A DNA stretch of 64,000 nucleotides from Bacteroidales bacterium (GTDB taxonomy: Bacteria > Bacteroidota > Bacteroidia > Bacteroidales > UBA7960), in assembly GCA_007131245.1 (NCBI GenBank), contig SLQX01000029.1, forward strand, positions 32,483 to 96,482, read 5' to 3'. Numbering within the stretch: position 1 is the stretch's first letter; each line of letters begins with the position of its first letter. Shown one piece after another: positions 30,386-40,004 of this stretch. The notes beneath the pieces are model-generated. The model saw only the letters and a program-made list of their open reading frames with translations, searched no databases and was not told where the DNA came from. A program made the translations under genes and the position numbers.

Positions 30386-31573
30386 TTAGATCACTCCCAG
30401 TTCTTTTCCAACCTTCCTGAATGCATTAATGGCTTTGTCAAGGTGTTGTTTTTCGTGGGCTGCCGAAAGCTGTATCCTGATTCTGGCCTGTCCCTTGGGA
30501 ACTACCGGGTAATAGAATCCGATAACATAAATCCCCTCTTCAAGCATACGTGCTGCAAACTTTTGAGAAAGGGCCGCATCATAAAGCATTAGGGCAACAA
30601 TTGCCGAATCTGATGGTTTCAGGTCAAAACCCGCCTGTGATATTTGTTCCTTGAAATAGGCCGTATTATCCATCAACTTATCACGGTAGGCAGTATTGGT
30701 GTCAATGAGGTCAAGAACGGCCAGTGATGCACCAACAATAGCAGGACTCAGAGAGTTTGAAAACAGATAAGGCCTGGACCTTTGGCGCAAAATATCAATG
30801 ATTTCTTTTTTGCCGGTGGTAAATCCTCCAAGGCCACCTCCCAGAGCTTTGCCCAGTGTGCCGGTTATGATATCTACTTTGTCCATTACATTATGATACT
30901 CCGGTGCTCCTCTTCCTGTTTTGCCAATGAATCCCGCTGAATGGCATTCATCGGTCATTACCATTGCATCATACTTGTCGGCCAGGCGGCAAATTTCATC
31001 CATTTTGGCGATGTCGCCATCCATAGAGAAAACTCCATCAGTAACAATAATACGGTGGCGCTGGCTTTGTGCAGCCTGGAGCTGTTTTTCCAGGTCTTCC
31101 ATGTCTGCATGGGCAAACCTGTAGCGGGCAGCTTTACAAAGTCTTACACCATCAATGATGGAAGCATGGTTGAGTGCATCTGAGATGATGGCATCCTTAT
31201 CATCAAGCAAAGGTTCAAAAACACCTGCATTAGCATCAAAGCAGGCTGCATAGAGAATGGTATCTTCGGTAGCGAAAAACGATGAAATCTTTTCTTCGAG
31301 TTGTTTGTGTAAATCCTGGGTTCCACATATAAACCGTACTGATGACAACCCATACCCGTGGGAGTCAAGACCTTTTTTGGCTCCTTGTATGGTGGTGGGG
31401 TGATTGGATAAACCCAGGTAATTGTTTGCACAAAAATTGATAACCTTTTCACCCGTATCCAGCGTTATTTCTGCTTGCTGGGGGCTGGTAATGATTCTCT
31501 CTTTTTTATACAGGCCGGCCTCCTCAATTTCCTGCAATTGGTTTTGCAGATGCTCTTTTATCTTTCCGTACAT
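30386..31573 (-). CDS. kbl: Glycine C-acetyltransferase (2-amino-3-ketobutyrate CoA ligase)
   Basis: 395 aa containing [20 protein letters not shown]...[15 protein letters not shown], the pyridoxal-Lys context [10 protein letters not shown], and an overall class-II aminotransferase (AONS family) pattern typical of Kbl. Confidence 0.9.
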   Translation of the reverse strand: MYGKIKEHLQNQLQEIEEAGLYKKERIITSPQQAEITLDTGEKVINFCANNYLGLSNHPTTIQGAKKGLDSHGYGLSSVRFICGTQDLHKQLEEKISSFFATEDTILYAACFDANAGVFEPLLDDKDAIISDALNHASIIDGVRLCKAARYRFAHADMEDLEKQLQAAQSQRHRIIVTDGVFSMDGDIAKMDEICRLADKYDAMVMTDECHSAGFIGKTGRGAPEYHNVMDKVDIITGTLGKALGGGLGGFTTGKKEIIDILRQRSRPYLFSNSLSPAIVGASLAVLDLIDTNTAYRDKLMDNTAYFKEQISQAGFDLKPSDSAIVALMLYDAALSQKFAARMLEEGIYVIGFYYPVVPKGQARIRIQLSAAHEKQHLDKAINAFRKVGKELGVI

Positions 31574-31675
31574 AAAAAACGTTGTTTAATTTTTTTGAAT
31601 GATTGAATGATTTAAGGGTTGTGTTATTCACAGATGACCCTGAGGATCATGAAGTCATGAGCCGCAAGGAATGAA

Positions 31676-33343
31676 TTAGGGTTTAAGTATTTCGTGATAT
31701 TTCTCCAGATTGCTTAATAAACCGATGGCTTTAAGCACTTCCGGGTCGTCTTTCAGGGATGCAATTACCCGCCCCCGCTGTTTGTAGTATCTTCCGGAAA
31801 TTTCATTTTTAAGAATCTCCTCAATTTCTTCACGGTGGTTTACCAGATCATCCGCCTTTGATAGATCAATTTTATTTCTTATGAGCTCTAATTCATCCTG
31901 AATGGATGCGTAGTAGGCTTCTTCCTTGGCTGCTTTTTTTACTTCATTTATGTAAGCCTCGCTCGTTGTTGTGTAGCTATAATCTTTACCCTCCAGAAAA
32001 TGGACAAAATCGTCGAAAATTTCATCGGTAATTTCAAATTTATCTGCGGGAGGAATTTCATCGTTTTGCTGGTAAAAAGTATTGGCAAATTCAAATATGT
32101 GGAACTTTGTCAGCAAAGCAATTGATATAGGTGCAAGACTCCGGGGTTCCGTTTGCAGATCAGGTTCAATGCCTCCTCCGTCGTAAACGGTTCGTCCATT
32201 GCGGGTTTCAAAGGCAACCATCAGGGAGTCGGGAATAGCTGCTACACTGCCGTCCTCATTGCGCTCTGCGTAGTCAATGGCCTGAATGCACCTGCCGCTT
32301 GGAATGTAATACTTGGCTACAGTTACTTTAAGCTGGGTGTTATAGCTGAGGGGTACTATGTTCTGAACCAATCCTTTGCCAAAGGTGCGTTGCCCAATTA
32401 CCACACCTCTGTCCAGGTCCTGGATGGCGCCGGCAACAATTTCTGATGCCGAGGCACTGGCTCCGTCTACCAATACCACCAATGGAATATCTTTGTCAAC
32501 AACCTGGCTGCGGGTTTGATGGGTTGTGTTTCTTTCCTCAAGCTTACCCCTGGTTTCAACAATTAACTCATCTTTATCCACAAAAATATTGGTTATGTTA
32601 ACCGCTTCGTTTAGCAAACCCCCACCGTTTCCTCTGAGGTCGAGCACAATGTGTTGCAAGTCGTTTTCGTCTCTCAGGCTGCTGAATGCATCTCTTACCT
32701 CTTTGCCTGCGTTTTGGGTGAATGCTGTAAGCTTGATGTAGCCGGTATGGTTATTCAGCATCCCGTAATAGGGGATATTGTCAATTTTTACTACTTCCCG
32801 GATAAGGGTTTTTGTGATGGGCTGGTCGTGCCCTCCCCGCTCTATCTTAAGGTTTACTTCGCTGCCAGGCTCACCTTTCAGAAGGGTGCTCACCTCCTCC
32901 TGTGTTCTGTTTTTTGCCGACTGGTCGTCGATTTCAAGGATTTTATCGCCGGGTAGTAGCCCCCCTTTTTCAGCCGGAAACCCGTCATAAGTTTCCGATA
33001 CGAAAATATATTCTCCCCGGCGCATGATAAGGGCACCTATGCCTCCATACTGGCCAGTGGTCATAAATCGCACATCTTCAATATCCGACTCTGGGATAAA
33101 AGTGGTGTAAGGATCAAGCGAATACAGCATTTCGTCAATTCCTGTTTGAATGAGCTCAGCAGGATTGACATCGTCGACATAATTAACGGTAAGTTCCCTG
33201 AAGAGGGTGGCAAAAATGTCAAGATTTTTTGCTATTTCAAAATTTCTGCTCACAAAACTTGTGGAAACCACCGTGGTAAACAGTATAACAGCTGTTATGG
33301 TGATTGTGGCAGGCCGTTTAAAAAACCGGTTGAATTTTTTCAT
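31676..33343 (-). CDS. S41 family C-terminal processing (tail-specific) peptidase with a PDZ domain
   Basis: 555 aa with an N-terminal signal/anchor and a PDZ-like segment (GGLLPGDKILEIDDQS). S41 motifs are DLRGNGGGLL, DGASASASEIVAGAIQD and TFGKGLVQ. Confidence 0.9.
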   Translation of the reverse strand: MKKFNRFFKRPATITITAVILFTTVVSTSFVSRNFEIAKNLDIFATLFRELTVNYVDDVNPAELIQTGIDEMLYSLDPYTTFIPESDIEDVRFMTTGQYGGIGALIMRRGEYIFVSETYDGFPAEKGGLLPGDKILEIDDQSAKNRTQEEVSTLLKGEPGSEVNLKIERGGHDQPITKTLIREVVKIDNIPYYGMLNNHTGYIKLTAFTQNAGKEVRDAFSSLRDENDLQHIVLDLRGNGGGLLNEAVNITNIFVDKDELIVETRGKLEERNTTHQTRSQVVDKDIPLVVLVDGASASASEIVAGAIQDLDRGVVIGQRTFGKGLVQNIVPLSYNTQLKVTVAKYYIPSGRCIQAIDYAERNEDGSVAAIPDSLMVAFETRNGRTVYDGGGIEPDLQTEPRSLAPISIALLTKFHIFEFANTFYQQNDEIPPADKFEITDEIFDDFVHFLEGKDYSYTTTSEAYINEVKKAAKEEAYYASIQDELELIRNKIDLSKADDLVNHREEIEEILKNEISGRYYKQRGRVIASLKDDPEVLKAIGLLSNLEKYHEILKP

Positions 33344-33369
33344 ATGTTTGTATTTATCGAATGAACAAA

Positions 33370-33621
33370 TCAGGGTACTGGGTCATAACCACTTCCGCCC
33401 CAGGGGTTGCATGACGCAAACCGTTTAAGGGTAAGCCAACCCCCGTAGAATGGGCCATGTTTACGTACTGCTTCAACCCCATAGTGCGAACAGGTAGGTG
33501 TATACCTGCAGGAGGGAGGCAGATAAGGTGAAATAGCTCCCTGGTAAAAGCGAATTAGAATGATAAAGAACCACTGCAATGCTTTTTCAGGCCCTCTATA
33601 TATTTTTTCGGGTAATGACAT
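33370..33621 (-). CDS. yidD: Membrane protein insertion efficiency factor YidD
   Basis: 83 aa reading [61 protein letters not shown]. The start codon abuts the rnpA stop. Confidence 0.93.
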   Translation of the reverse strand: MSLPEKIYRGPEKALQWFFIILIRFYQGAISPYLPPSCRYTPTCSHYGVEAVRKHGPFYGGWLTLKRFASCNPWGGSGYDPVP

Positions 33622-34164
33622 CTAAAGGTTTTGGGTTTCTGAAATTCTCTCCTGAATTTTTTGTAAAGATACAACGATTTTGGATTCTACTTCCCGGTAG
33701 GGTAGCTTCCTTTTGGCAGTGTATATGAACGCCAGCAAGCAGTGCAGGTCATTGTTTTCCAAAAACGCGTAAAAAGGACCTTTATTTTGGCGGTAGGCCT
33801 CCCTTATGAATCTTTTTATTGCGTTACGATTGGATGCATTTTTCTGTACTCTGCGCGGGACACCTATCAGGCATTGTGCTGAATGTGTAAAATAGGCATT
33901 GTGCGGAATTTTTTTGTGAGGGTAAGAGGGGTTTTGCCTGTACTTGCCGGCTGGGTGTAAAGTTTGTTTGGGTTGAAAAGTCGTTACAGACTTTGCAAAA
34001 AATATGCTTTCAAGGTTTTTGTCCACAACTTTCCAATATACCTTAAAAGGGTACTCATAAAACGTCTTCCCTTTTTCAAAAAGAAGGTTCTTCAATGAAA
34101 AATTGCACAGCCTTTCACTCTTGGAAAAACCATGCAATTTTTTATGGGCACTCCAAGTGGCCAT
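33622..34164 (-). CDS. rnpA: Ribonuclease P protein component (unusually long, 180 aa)
   Basis: Contains FSKSERLCNFSLKNLLFEKGKTFYEYPFKVYW... and the RNR-like motif NASNRNAIKRFIREAYRQNK. It is followed immediately by yidD. Confidence 0.8.
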   Translation of the reverse strand: MATWSAHKKLHGFSKSERLCNFSLKNLLFEKGKTFYEYPFKVYWKVVDKNLESIFFAKSVTTFQPKQTLHPAGKYRQNPSYPHKKIPHNAYFTHSAQCLIGVPRRVQKNASNRNAIKRFIREAYRQNKGPFYAFLENNDLHCLLAFIYTAKRKLPYREVESKIVVSLQKIQERISETQNL

Positions 34165-34174
34165 TTTTTGTTAA

Positions 34175-34927
34175 TTATTTTTTCCCTTTGTTATTTTGTA
34201 AGTATTGCTCTATAGCCATGGTCATGGAGGGTGCTTCGCTGGTGGGGGCTTTGACTTGTACGTCGAAACCTGCATTTTCACAAGCTTTGATGGTGGCACC
34301 CCCAAAGGCTGCCATAATGGTATTGTTCTGTTTATAGTCAGGGAAGTTTTTCAGCATGGAGTCAACACCAAAGGGGCTGAAAAATACAATCATATGAAAA
34401 TTGTTGATGTCAATATCGTCCACGGTTACGGGCACCGTTTCATAAATAGGAGCATTAACAAAATTGATTTTGTTGGCCTTGAGCATTTCAGGTATATCCT
34501 TTTTTGCCTTGTTGGCAGCACAAGGGTAAAAGAACTTCTCATTTTTATGTTTCTTAATTAACTCAAGCAGCTCGGGAAACTTGCTTTTACCGAAAAATAT
34601 TTTTCGCTTACGATACTGCACATACTTCTGCAGGTAAAGAGCAATGGCTTCTGAAACACAAAAATATTTCATGGTTTCCGGGATGGTAACCCGTAGTTCT
34701 TCGCACAGACTGAAAAAATGATCCACTGCATGGCGGCTGGTAAAAATAATAGCCGTATGGTCCAGGATGTTTATTCTGAGCTTCCTGAACTCTTTGTTGT
34801 CAATGCGTTCAATCTTAATGAGTTTTCGAAAGGTGAGTTTCAGGTTGAACTGCTTTGCCAAATCGGCATAAGGTGATTTTTCGTTTTCGGGCTCAGGCTG
34901 CGAAATGAGAATGTTTTTAATCTTCAA
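34175..34927 (-). CDS. hemD: Uroporphyrinogen-III synthase-like protein (HemD family)
   Basis: 250 aa starting (M)KIKNILISQPEPENEKSPYADLAKQFNLKLTFRKLIKIE, which resembles Bacteroidota HemD-like proteins. The start codon at 34927 is TTG. Confidence 0.6.
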   Translation of the reverse strand: MKIKNILISQPEPENEKSPYADLAKQFNLKLTFRKLIKIERIDNKEFRKLRINILDHTAIIFTSRHAVDHFFSLCEELRVTIPETMKYFCVSEAIALYLQKYVQYRKRKIFFGKSKFPELLELIKKHKNEKFFYPCAANKAKKDIPEMLKANKINFVNAPIYETVPVTVDDIDINNFHMIVFFSPFGVDSMLKNFPDYKQNNTIMAAFGGATIKACENAGFDVQVKAPTSEAPSMTMAIEQYLQNNKGKK

Positions 34928-35026
34928 AATATATCTCCTTATTTTTGGTTTGACGGTTTTTTTGTTTTTTAGGGCGTATCTTGCTGTAAAAAAGTTAACG
35001 ATGTAACGTGTTTTATTGTTGGAAAA

Positions 35027-36061
35027 CTAGCTTAAAAGAAGGTTTTTGGTGTACTTTACAATAAAAATTAATGGTACTATTTCGATGGTGCAAAGGTACA
35101 AAATTATATAATACATTGAAAAACGTGCGCGCTTTGTGCTGATGTGGTAACCTCTCAATATTTTATATATATTGATTCCTGTAATGAGTGCCCATGCTAA
35201 AAACAGGAGCCAGGGAATAGGATTGTAAAGGTTGATGATTACAATGGGCAACAGGATGAGTCCGGCAAAGCTGTTGATAATAAGTATGTTGCGGAAATAG
35301 GCGTTGCTTACCTCCTGGGTTTTGAAAACCCAGGCAATGAATCCTATCAAAAGGTACTTTACAACATAGAAGCCTGCCAAAACAATCAAGGCGTAGGTTA
35401 CCAGCATGAAGGGGTGAAGATCGTTAAACACACCTGAATGTCCTGTGAGGTTAAGGCTTTGATAAGTCAAGAGGCTTAGAACAATCAGAAAATTTAGGTA
35501 AAGTATGGCTGGCACCCAATGGTTCAGTAGTCCCCCCTCTCTTTCTATTTGGTTGAAAAACCGCTGATCCCATCCCGAAAGAAGTGTTTCTTTGAATCTT
35601 ACAGGATATTGGTACCTAACGATACCCAAACCCAGCAATGCAAATAATAGGAGCAGAGTGATGGAATCATGGGATGTTGGTTTTTCACGGGAGATTGCAA
35701 CAAGCTTTGTGGAGGTCTGCAGCAGGTGGGGACCGAAAAACGCTGTGGCAGGATAAACAGTTGTGGTACTATCTGCCATCGAAAGAATGTGAAGGATTTG
35801 TTCCTTTTTTGGGGCTGTTAAATCAAGTATTTTTGAAAAGTCAGTTGTTTGGGTTGTCAGCGGGCGTTGTTGGTTTCCATCGATGTTGATGGTAGAGTTG
35901 GATGGGATGTTTCCCATGTTCGCTGAATCATTAACCCCGGTCGGGGTAAGTGAAAAGGCAGGAGGGGTGGCTGCAAAAATTATTGCAATAGATACAAACA
36001 AAAAAACGTTGTTGAGTTTTTGATGCATGCCAAATTTTTTTGCAAAGTTAACCCAATTCAT
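35027..36061 (-). CDS. Multi-pass membrane protein, DUF4271-like
   Basis: 344 aa with a non-membrane N-terminal half and about 6 predicted TM helices in the C-terminal half. As I recall, its position next to hemD-like genes is typical of DUF4271 proteins in Bacteroidota. This was not verified. Confidence 0.55.
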   Translation of the reverse strand: MNWVNFAKKFGMHQKLNNVFLFVSIAIIFAATPPAFSLTPTGVNDSANMGNIPSNSTINIDGNQQRPLTTQTTDFSKILDLTAPKKEQILHILSMADSTTTVYPATAFFGPHLLQTSTKLVAISREKPTSHDSITLLLLFALLGLGIVRYQYPVRFKETLLSGWDQRFFNQIEREGGLLNHWVPAILYLNFLIVLSLLTYQSLNLTGHSGVFNDLHPFMLVTYALIVLAGFYVVKYLLIGFIAWVFKTQEVSNAYFRNILIINSFAGLILLPIVIINLYNPIPWLLFLAWALITGINIYKILRGYHISTKRARFSMYYIILYLCTIEIVPLIFIVKYTKNLLLS

Positions 36062-36188
36062 AAAACTAAACAGGGGAGCTTACCGAAAAAATATTTGGCT
36101 GCACGCTTTGGCTGTTTTGTCTGTTATTAATTTAACAATACTTAGGAGTTGGCTTTGTCAAGATGTTTGAAAATTACGGGTTTCACGT

Positions 36189-36219
36189 TTTGAAGGAAAG
36201 CAAATTAATTCTAATTTTG
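36189..36219 (+). promoter_or_regulatory. Candidate Bacteroidota-type promoter of pta-ackA (TTTG-N19-TAATTTTG)
   Basis: TTTG lies at 36189-36192, followed by a 19-nt spacer and TAATTTTG at 36212-36219. The second box ends 46 nt upstream of the pta ATG. Confidence 0.45.
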
Positions 36220-36265
36220 CTGAGGCTTGAATTTCAATAAATTTTAATCCTTAAAGCAAGAAGAA

Positions 36266-37267
36266 ATGGAGTTATTAACAACAATCAAAAGCAATGCAAA
36301 AAAACAAGATAAATGTATTGTTTTGCCAGAAGGGACCGAGGAAAGAACGTTAAAAGCAGCAGATGAAATCATCAAAGAAGGGATTGCCCGCATCATTTTG
36401 CTAGGAAATCCGGATGAAATTCATCAGCAGTCATCCAAATATAACCTGAAGCATCTAACGGGTGCAACAGTTATTGATCCCCGGGATCATGAGAAGAAGG
36501 ATTTTTATGGCGATATGCTCTATGACCTTAGGAAACATAAGGGGCTTAGCCGTGATGAAGCGCAAAAATTGGTGGAAGATCCGTTATACCTTGCCACGCT
36601 TTTGATAAAAAACGGAGAAGCTGACGGAGAAGTTGCCGGGGCTGCCAATGCTACCGGTAATGTATTACGTCCTGCTTTCCAGGTTGTCAAAACTTTACCC
36701 GGTATCAGTGTGGTTTCTGGTGCCTTTATCATGATTCTGCCCGACAAGCAATGGGGAGAAGATGGCATTCTTGTCTTTGCAGACTGCGCCGTTCATCCCG
36801 ATCCCAATGCGGAAGAGCTTGCCCAAATAGCTGTGATGACAGCCCAAACTACCCGTGCCATTGTGGATATTGAACCCAGGGTGGCCATGCTGAGCTTTTC
36901 TACCAAAGGAAGTGCCCAACACCCACTTTGCGAAAAAGTTACAAAAGCCACCGAGTTGGCCAGGGAGATGATGCCTGATATCCAAATAGATGGCGAGCTG
37001 CAGGCTGACGCAGCCATCGTTAAGGCCATAGGTCAAAGTAAAGCACCTGGGAGTTCCATAGCCGGTGAAGCCAACGTGCTTGTATTTCCCGGACTGGAGT
37101 CAGGTAATATTGGTTATAAGCTGGTTCAGCGCCTGGCCGGGGCACAGGCGGTAGGTCCTGTTTTGCAAGGAATGGCTGCTCCCATCAACGACCTTTCGAG
37201 GGGTTGCTCGGTGGATGATATTGTCAACTTGGTGGCCATAACGGTTAATCAGGCTGCAGGGAAATAA
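36266..37267 (+). CDS. pta: Phosphate acetyltransferase
   Basis: 333 aa containing IVLPEGTEERTLKAADEIIKEGIARIILLG, FADCAVHPDPNAEELAQIA and NVLVFPGLESGNIGYKLVQRL. Confidence 0.95.
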   Translation: MELLTTIKSNAKKQDKCIVLPEGTEERTLKAADEIIKEGIARIILLGNPDEIHQQSSKYNLKHLTGATVIDPRDHEKKDFYGDMLYDLRKHKGLSRDEAQKLVEDPLYLATLLIKNGEADGEVAGAANATGNVLRPAFQVVKTLPGISVVSGAFIMILPDKQWGEDGILVFADCAVHPDPNAEELAQIAVMTAQTTRAIVDIEPRVAMLSFSTKGSAQHPLCEKVTKATELAREMMPDIQIDGELQADAAIVKAIGQSKAPGSSIAGEANVLVFPGLESGNIGYKLVQRLAGAQAVGPVLQGMAAPINDLSRGCSVDDIVNLVAITVNQAAGK

Positions 37268-37320
37268 TTGGTTTGTATACTCTTTAAATTCTCATACATA
37301 AATATAAAAGCATTCAAAAG

Positions 37321-38547
37321 ATGAAAATTCTGGTTCTTAACTGTGGAAGTTCTTCCATTAAATATCAAATGATTAACATGGCCAACAATGCCGAGCTGCT
37401 GGCCAAAGGAATCCTGGAGAGGGTAGGGTTAAAAGACAGCGAGCTGAAACACCAGGCCAAAGCAAAAGATAACTATTTTCTTATTCAGGATGTTCCAGAC
37501 CATGAAACAGGCATTGATCTGATTCTGAAAGTTTTGCTGGATCAGGACTATGGTGTTATAGCCAATGTAAATGAAATACTTGCTGTAGGACACCGTGTGG
37601 CCCACGGGGGAGAAAACTTCAGTGCCAGTGCCCTGATAACACCAGAAGTAAAGAAAAATATTGAAGATGTTATTGAATTAGCACCACTACATAACCCTGC
37701 CAATTTAAAAGGAATTGTTTCTATGGAAAAGCTCATGCCGCAGGTTCCACAGGTGGCCGTTTTTGATACAGCATTTCACCAAACCATACCCCAGCATGCT
37801 TACATGTATGCGCTACCCTATGAATTGTATGAGCAGGATAAAATCAGACGGTATGGTTTCCATGGAACCAGCCATAAGTTTGTTTTTGAAACTGCATGTG
37901 ATGCTTTGTTTATGCGTCGTGATAATGTTAAAGCCATCACCTGCCACCTCGGAAATGGAGCCTCCATCTGTGCGATCCACAATGGAAAATCTGTAGATAC
38001 ATCTATGGGTCTTACCCCGGTAGAAGGACTTATCATGGGAACAAGAACAGGGGATCTTGATTTGGGTGCTTTGCTTTATATCATGAAAAAGAAAGAACTG
38101 GACCTCAATGCGGCCAACAATCTTATCAATAAAAAAAGTGGCATGCTTGGGATTTCCGGTGTATCATCAGATATGAGAGACATTGAAACTGCGGCTTGGA
38201 AAGAGGGCGATAAAAAAGCAGACTTGGCCCTGGAAATGTATTTTTACCGCATAAAAAAATACATTGGCGCCTATACCGCAGCCATGGGCGGCGTTGATAT
38301 GATCGTGTTTACAGGTGGTGTTGGCGAAAACGGCCCTGAAACCAGAGAGGCAATTTGTAAAGGCCTTGATTATCTGGGGCTCCAATTTGATCATGAGAAA
38401 AATACCGGCCTTCGTGGAAAACTGGATATGATTTCCAAGCATGACTCAAAGGTTAAAGTAATGGTAGTACCTACCAACGAGGAGCTTGTGATTGCACATG
38501 ATACTTTGCGCATTGTTTCTCACAAAGAAGAGAAAGAAGAGATTTAA
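37321..38547 (+). CDS. ackA: Acetate kinase
   Basis: 408 aa containing MKILVLNCGSSSIKYQ, AVGHRVAHGGE, RRYGFHGTSH and FTGGVGENGPETRE. Confidence 0.97.
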   Translation: MKILVLNCGSSSIKYQMINMANNAELLAKGILERVGLKDSELKHQAKAKDNYFLIQDVPDHETGIDLILKVLLDQDYGVIANVNEILAVGHRVAHGGENFSASALITPEVKKNIEDVIELAPLHNPANLKGIVSMEKLMPQVPQVAVFDTAFHQTIPQHAYMYALPYELYEQDKIRRYGFHGTSHKFVFETACDALFMRRDNVKAITCHLGNGASICAIHNGKSVDTSMGLTPVEGLIMGTRTGDLDLGALLYIMKKKELDLNAANNLINKKSGMLGISGVSSDMRDIETAAWKEGDKKADLALEMYFYRIKKYIGAYTAAMGGVDMIVFTGGVGENGPETREAICKGLDYLGLQFDHEKNTGLRGKLDMISKHDSKVKVMVVPTNEELVIAHDTLRIVSHKEEKEEI

Positions 38548-38567
38548 TACTCTCCTGGATTTTAATC

Positions 38568-38612
38568 AAAAACGGTATTGTCAGCTAAACTTTGGCAATA
38601 CCGTTTTTTTTT
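38568..38612 (+). terminator. Rho-independent terminator after ackA
   Basis: CGGTATTG (38573-38580) pairs with CAATACCG (38596-38603), followed by T9 (38604-38612). Confidence 0.8.
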
Positions 38613-38642
38613 GACCAAACTCTTAATCCTGCCTGTTATATT

Positions 38643-40004
38643 TTAAAAAAGTAGTGTGAAAGTTGTTTCCTGGCCGGGATTAGATCGGACGGTAATATTT
38701 CCTTTGTGCAGACGCATAATCTCTCGCGAAAGACTTAACCCAATACCTGAACCCTCTTTTTTGGAAGTGAAAAAGGGGACAAATATTTTTTCCATTATGT
38801 CGGGTTTTATTCCCTGCCCATTGTCAGATACCGAAATCATTACTCTGTTGTTGGAGGCTGTAATACCTAAAATCTTGATTTCTGGGTTTTCCGTGTTTTT
38901 CAGGGCATGTATGGAGTTTATTACCAGGTTGATAACCACCTGCTCAATAAGATCGGGGTCGGCGGTCAGCTTTAGATCTTTGGGTACAAGATGGGTGCGG
39001 CACTTTATGTTTTGCTCATTTATTTTGGGTTCCAGCAGGTTGTTTACTGATTCCAGGATGTCCTTAACCGCTACGTAGCGGAAGTTGGGTTTGGGAATGC
39101 GGGTAAGATTGCGGTAAATCTGCACAAAGTTCAGCAACCCCTGACTTCTTTTCTCGATAGTTTTAAGTGCGCCTAAAACACTTTCAATGTCATCCGCGTC
39201 AATTTCCTGATTCAGCTGCCGGTTATCTTCATCAATCATAATGTCTTTTACGGTTCCTGACAGGGATACGATGGGGGTAATGGAGTTCATGATTTCATGG
39301 GTCAAAACCCTTATAAGTTTCTGCCATGAGTCCATCTCTTTGGCTTCCAGTTCACTGTGAATGTTTTGGAGCGAAACCAGCACAAAGTCTTCTTCTCTCA
39401 TTCTGAACTCGGTAGCTCTTACTGAAAGCTGCAGCAATTCGTTTTCAATAAACACTTTCACCAGGTTTTTGTCACCGGCTTTCATGCTCATCAAAACATC
39501 AGCAAACTCCTTGTCGATTTTTTCAAGTTCATTGATAAACCTGATGTTGCTAAGTTTAAGGAGGCGTTTGGCAGCATTGTTCAAAATGTCTACATGTCCG
39601 TTTTTTTTGTAGGCAATTATTCCGATGCTTATGTGCTGCACTACGGTTTGCAGGTAGTTGAAGTGCTCTTCTTTGTCAGCCCGGGCTTTTTTAAACTCGC
39701 TGATTACGTTGTTGAAGGCATTGTTGAGATCATCAAAACTTTTCCCCAAACCCTGGTCAGAGAAGGAAGAAGTAAAGTCGCTGTGCCGTATGGATTCAAG
39801 AAAAGTGGTGAGCCGGTTATTGGTTCGCTCCACATATTTCACCAGTGCTGCAATTTGCAGCACGATAAGAGAGGATAAAATAATGCTGCTAATGATAAAC
39901 TCCTGCTTACCTATGATGGACAACAGCAAAACCACAGTGGCAACAATGAACAGCACCCTGATTACTACATTGAAACGAAAATTTTTAAAGCTCATATTTT
40001 TCAA
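38643..40004 (-). CDS. Membrane sensor histidine kinase (partner of the upstream NtrC-type regulator)
   Basis: 453 aa with two N-terminal TM helices, H-box LTHEIMNSITPI, and ATPase boxes SDNGQGI / GSGIGLSLSREIM. The track start at 40004 is TTG. The first ATG is at 39995 and overlaps the regulator stop (ATGAGCTTTAA). Confidence 0.88.
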   Translation of the reverse strand: MKNMSFKNFRFNVVIRVLFIVATVVLLLSIIGKQEFIISSIILSSLIVLQIAALVKYVERTNNRLTTFLESIRHSDFTSSFSDQGLGKSFDDLNNAFNNVISEFKKARADKEEHFNYLQTVVQHISIGIIAYKKNGHVDILNNAAKRLLKLSNIRFINELEKIDKEFADVLMSMKAGDKNLVKVFIENELLQLSVRATEFRMREEDFVLVSLQNIHSELEAKEMDSWQKLIRVLTHEIMNSITPIVSLSGTVKDIMIDEDNRQLNQEIDADDIESVLGALKTIEKRSQGLLNFVQIYRNLTRIPKPNFRYVAVKDILESVNNLLEPKINEQNIKCRTHLVPKDLKLTADPDLIEQVVINLVINSIHALKNTENPEIKILGITASNNRVMISVSDNGQGIKPDIMEKIFVPFFTSKKEGSGIGLSLSREIMRLHKGNITVRSNPGQETTFTLLF

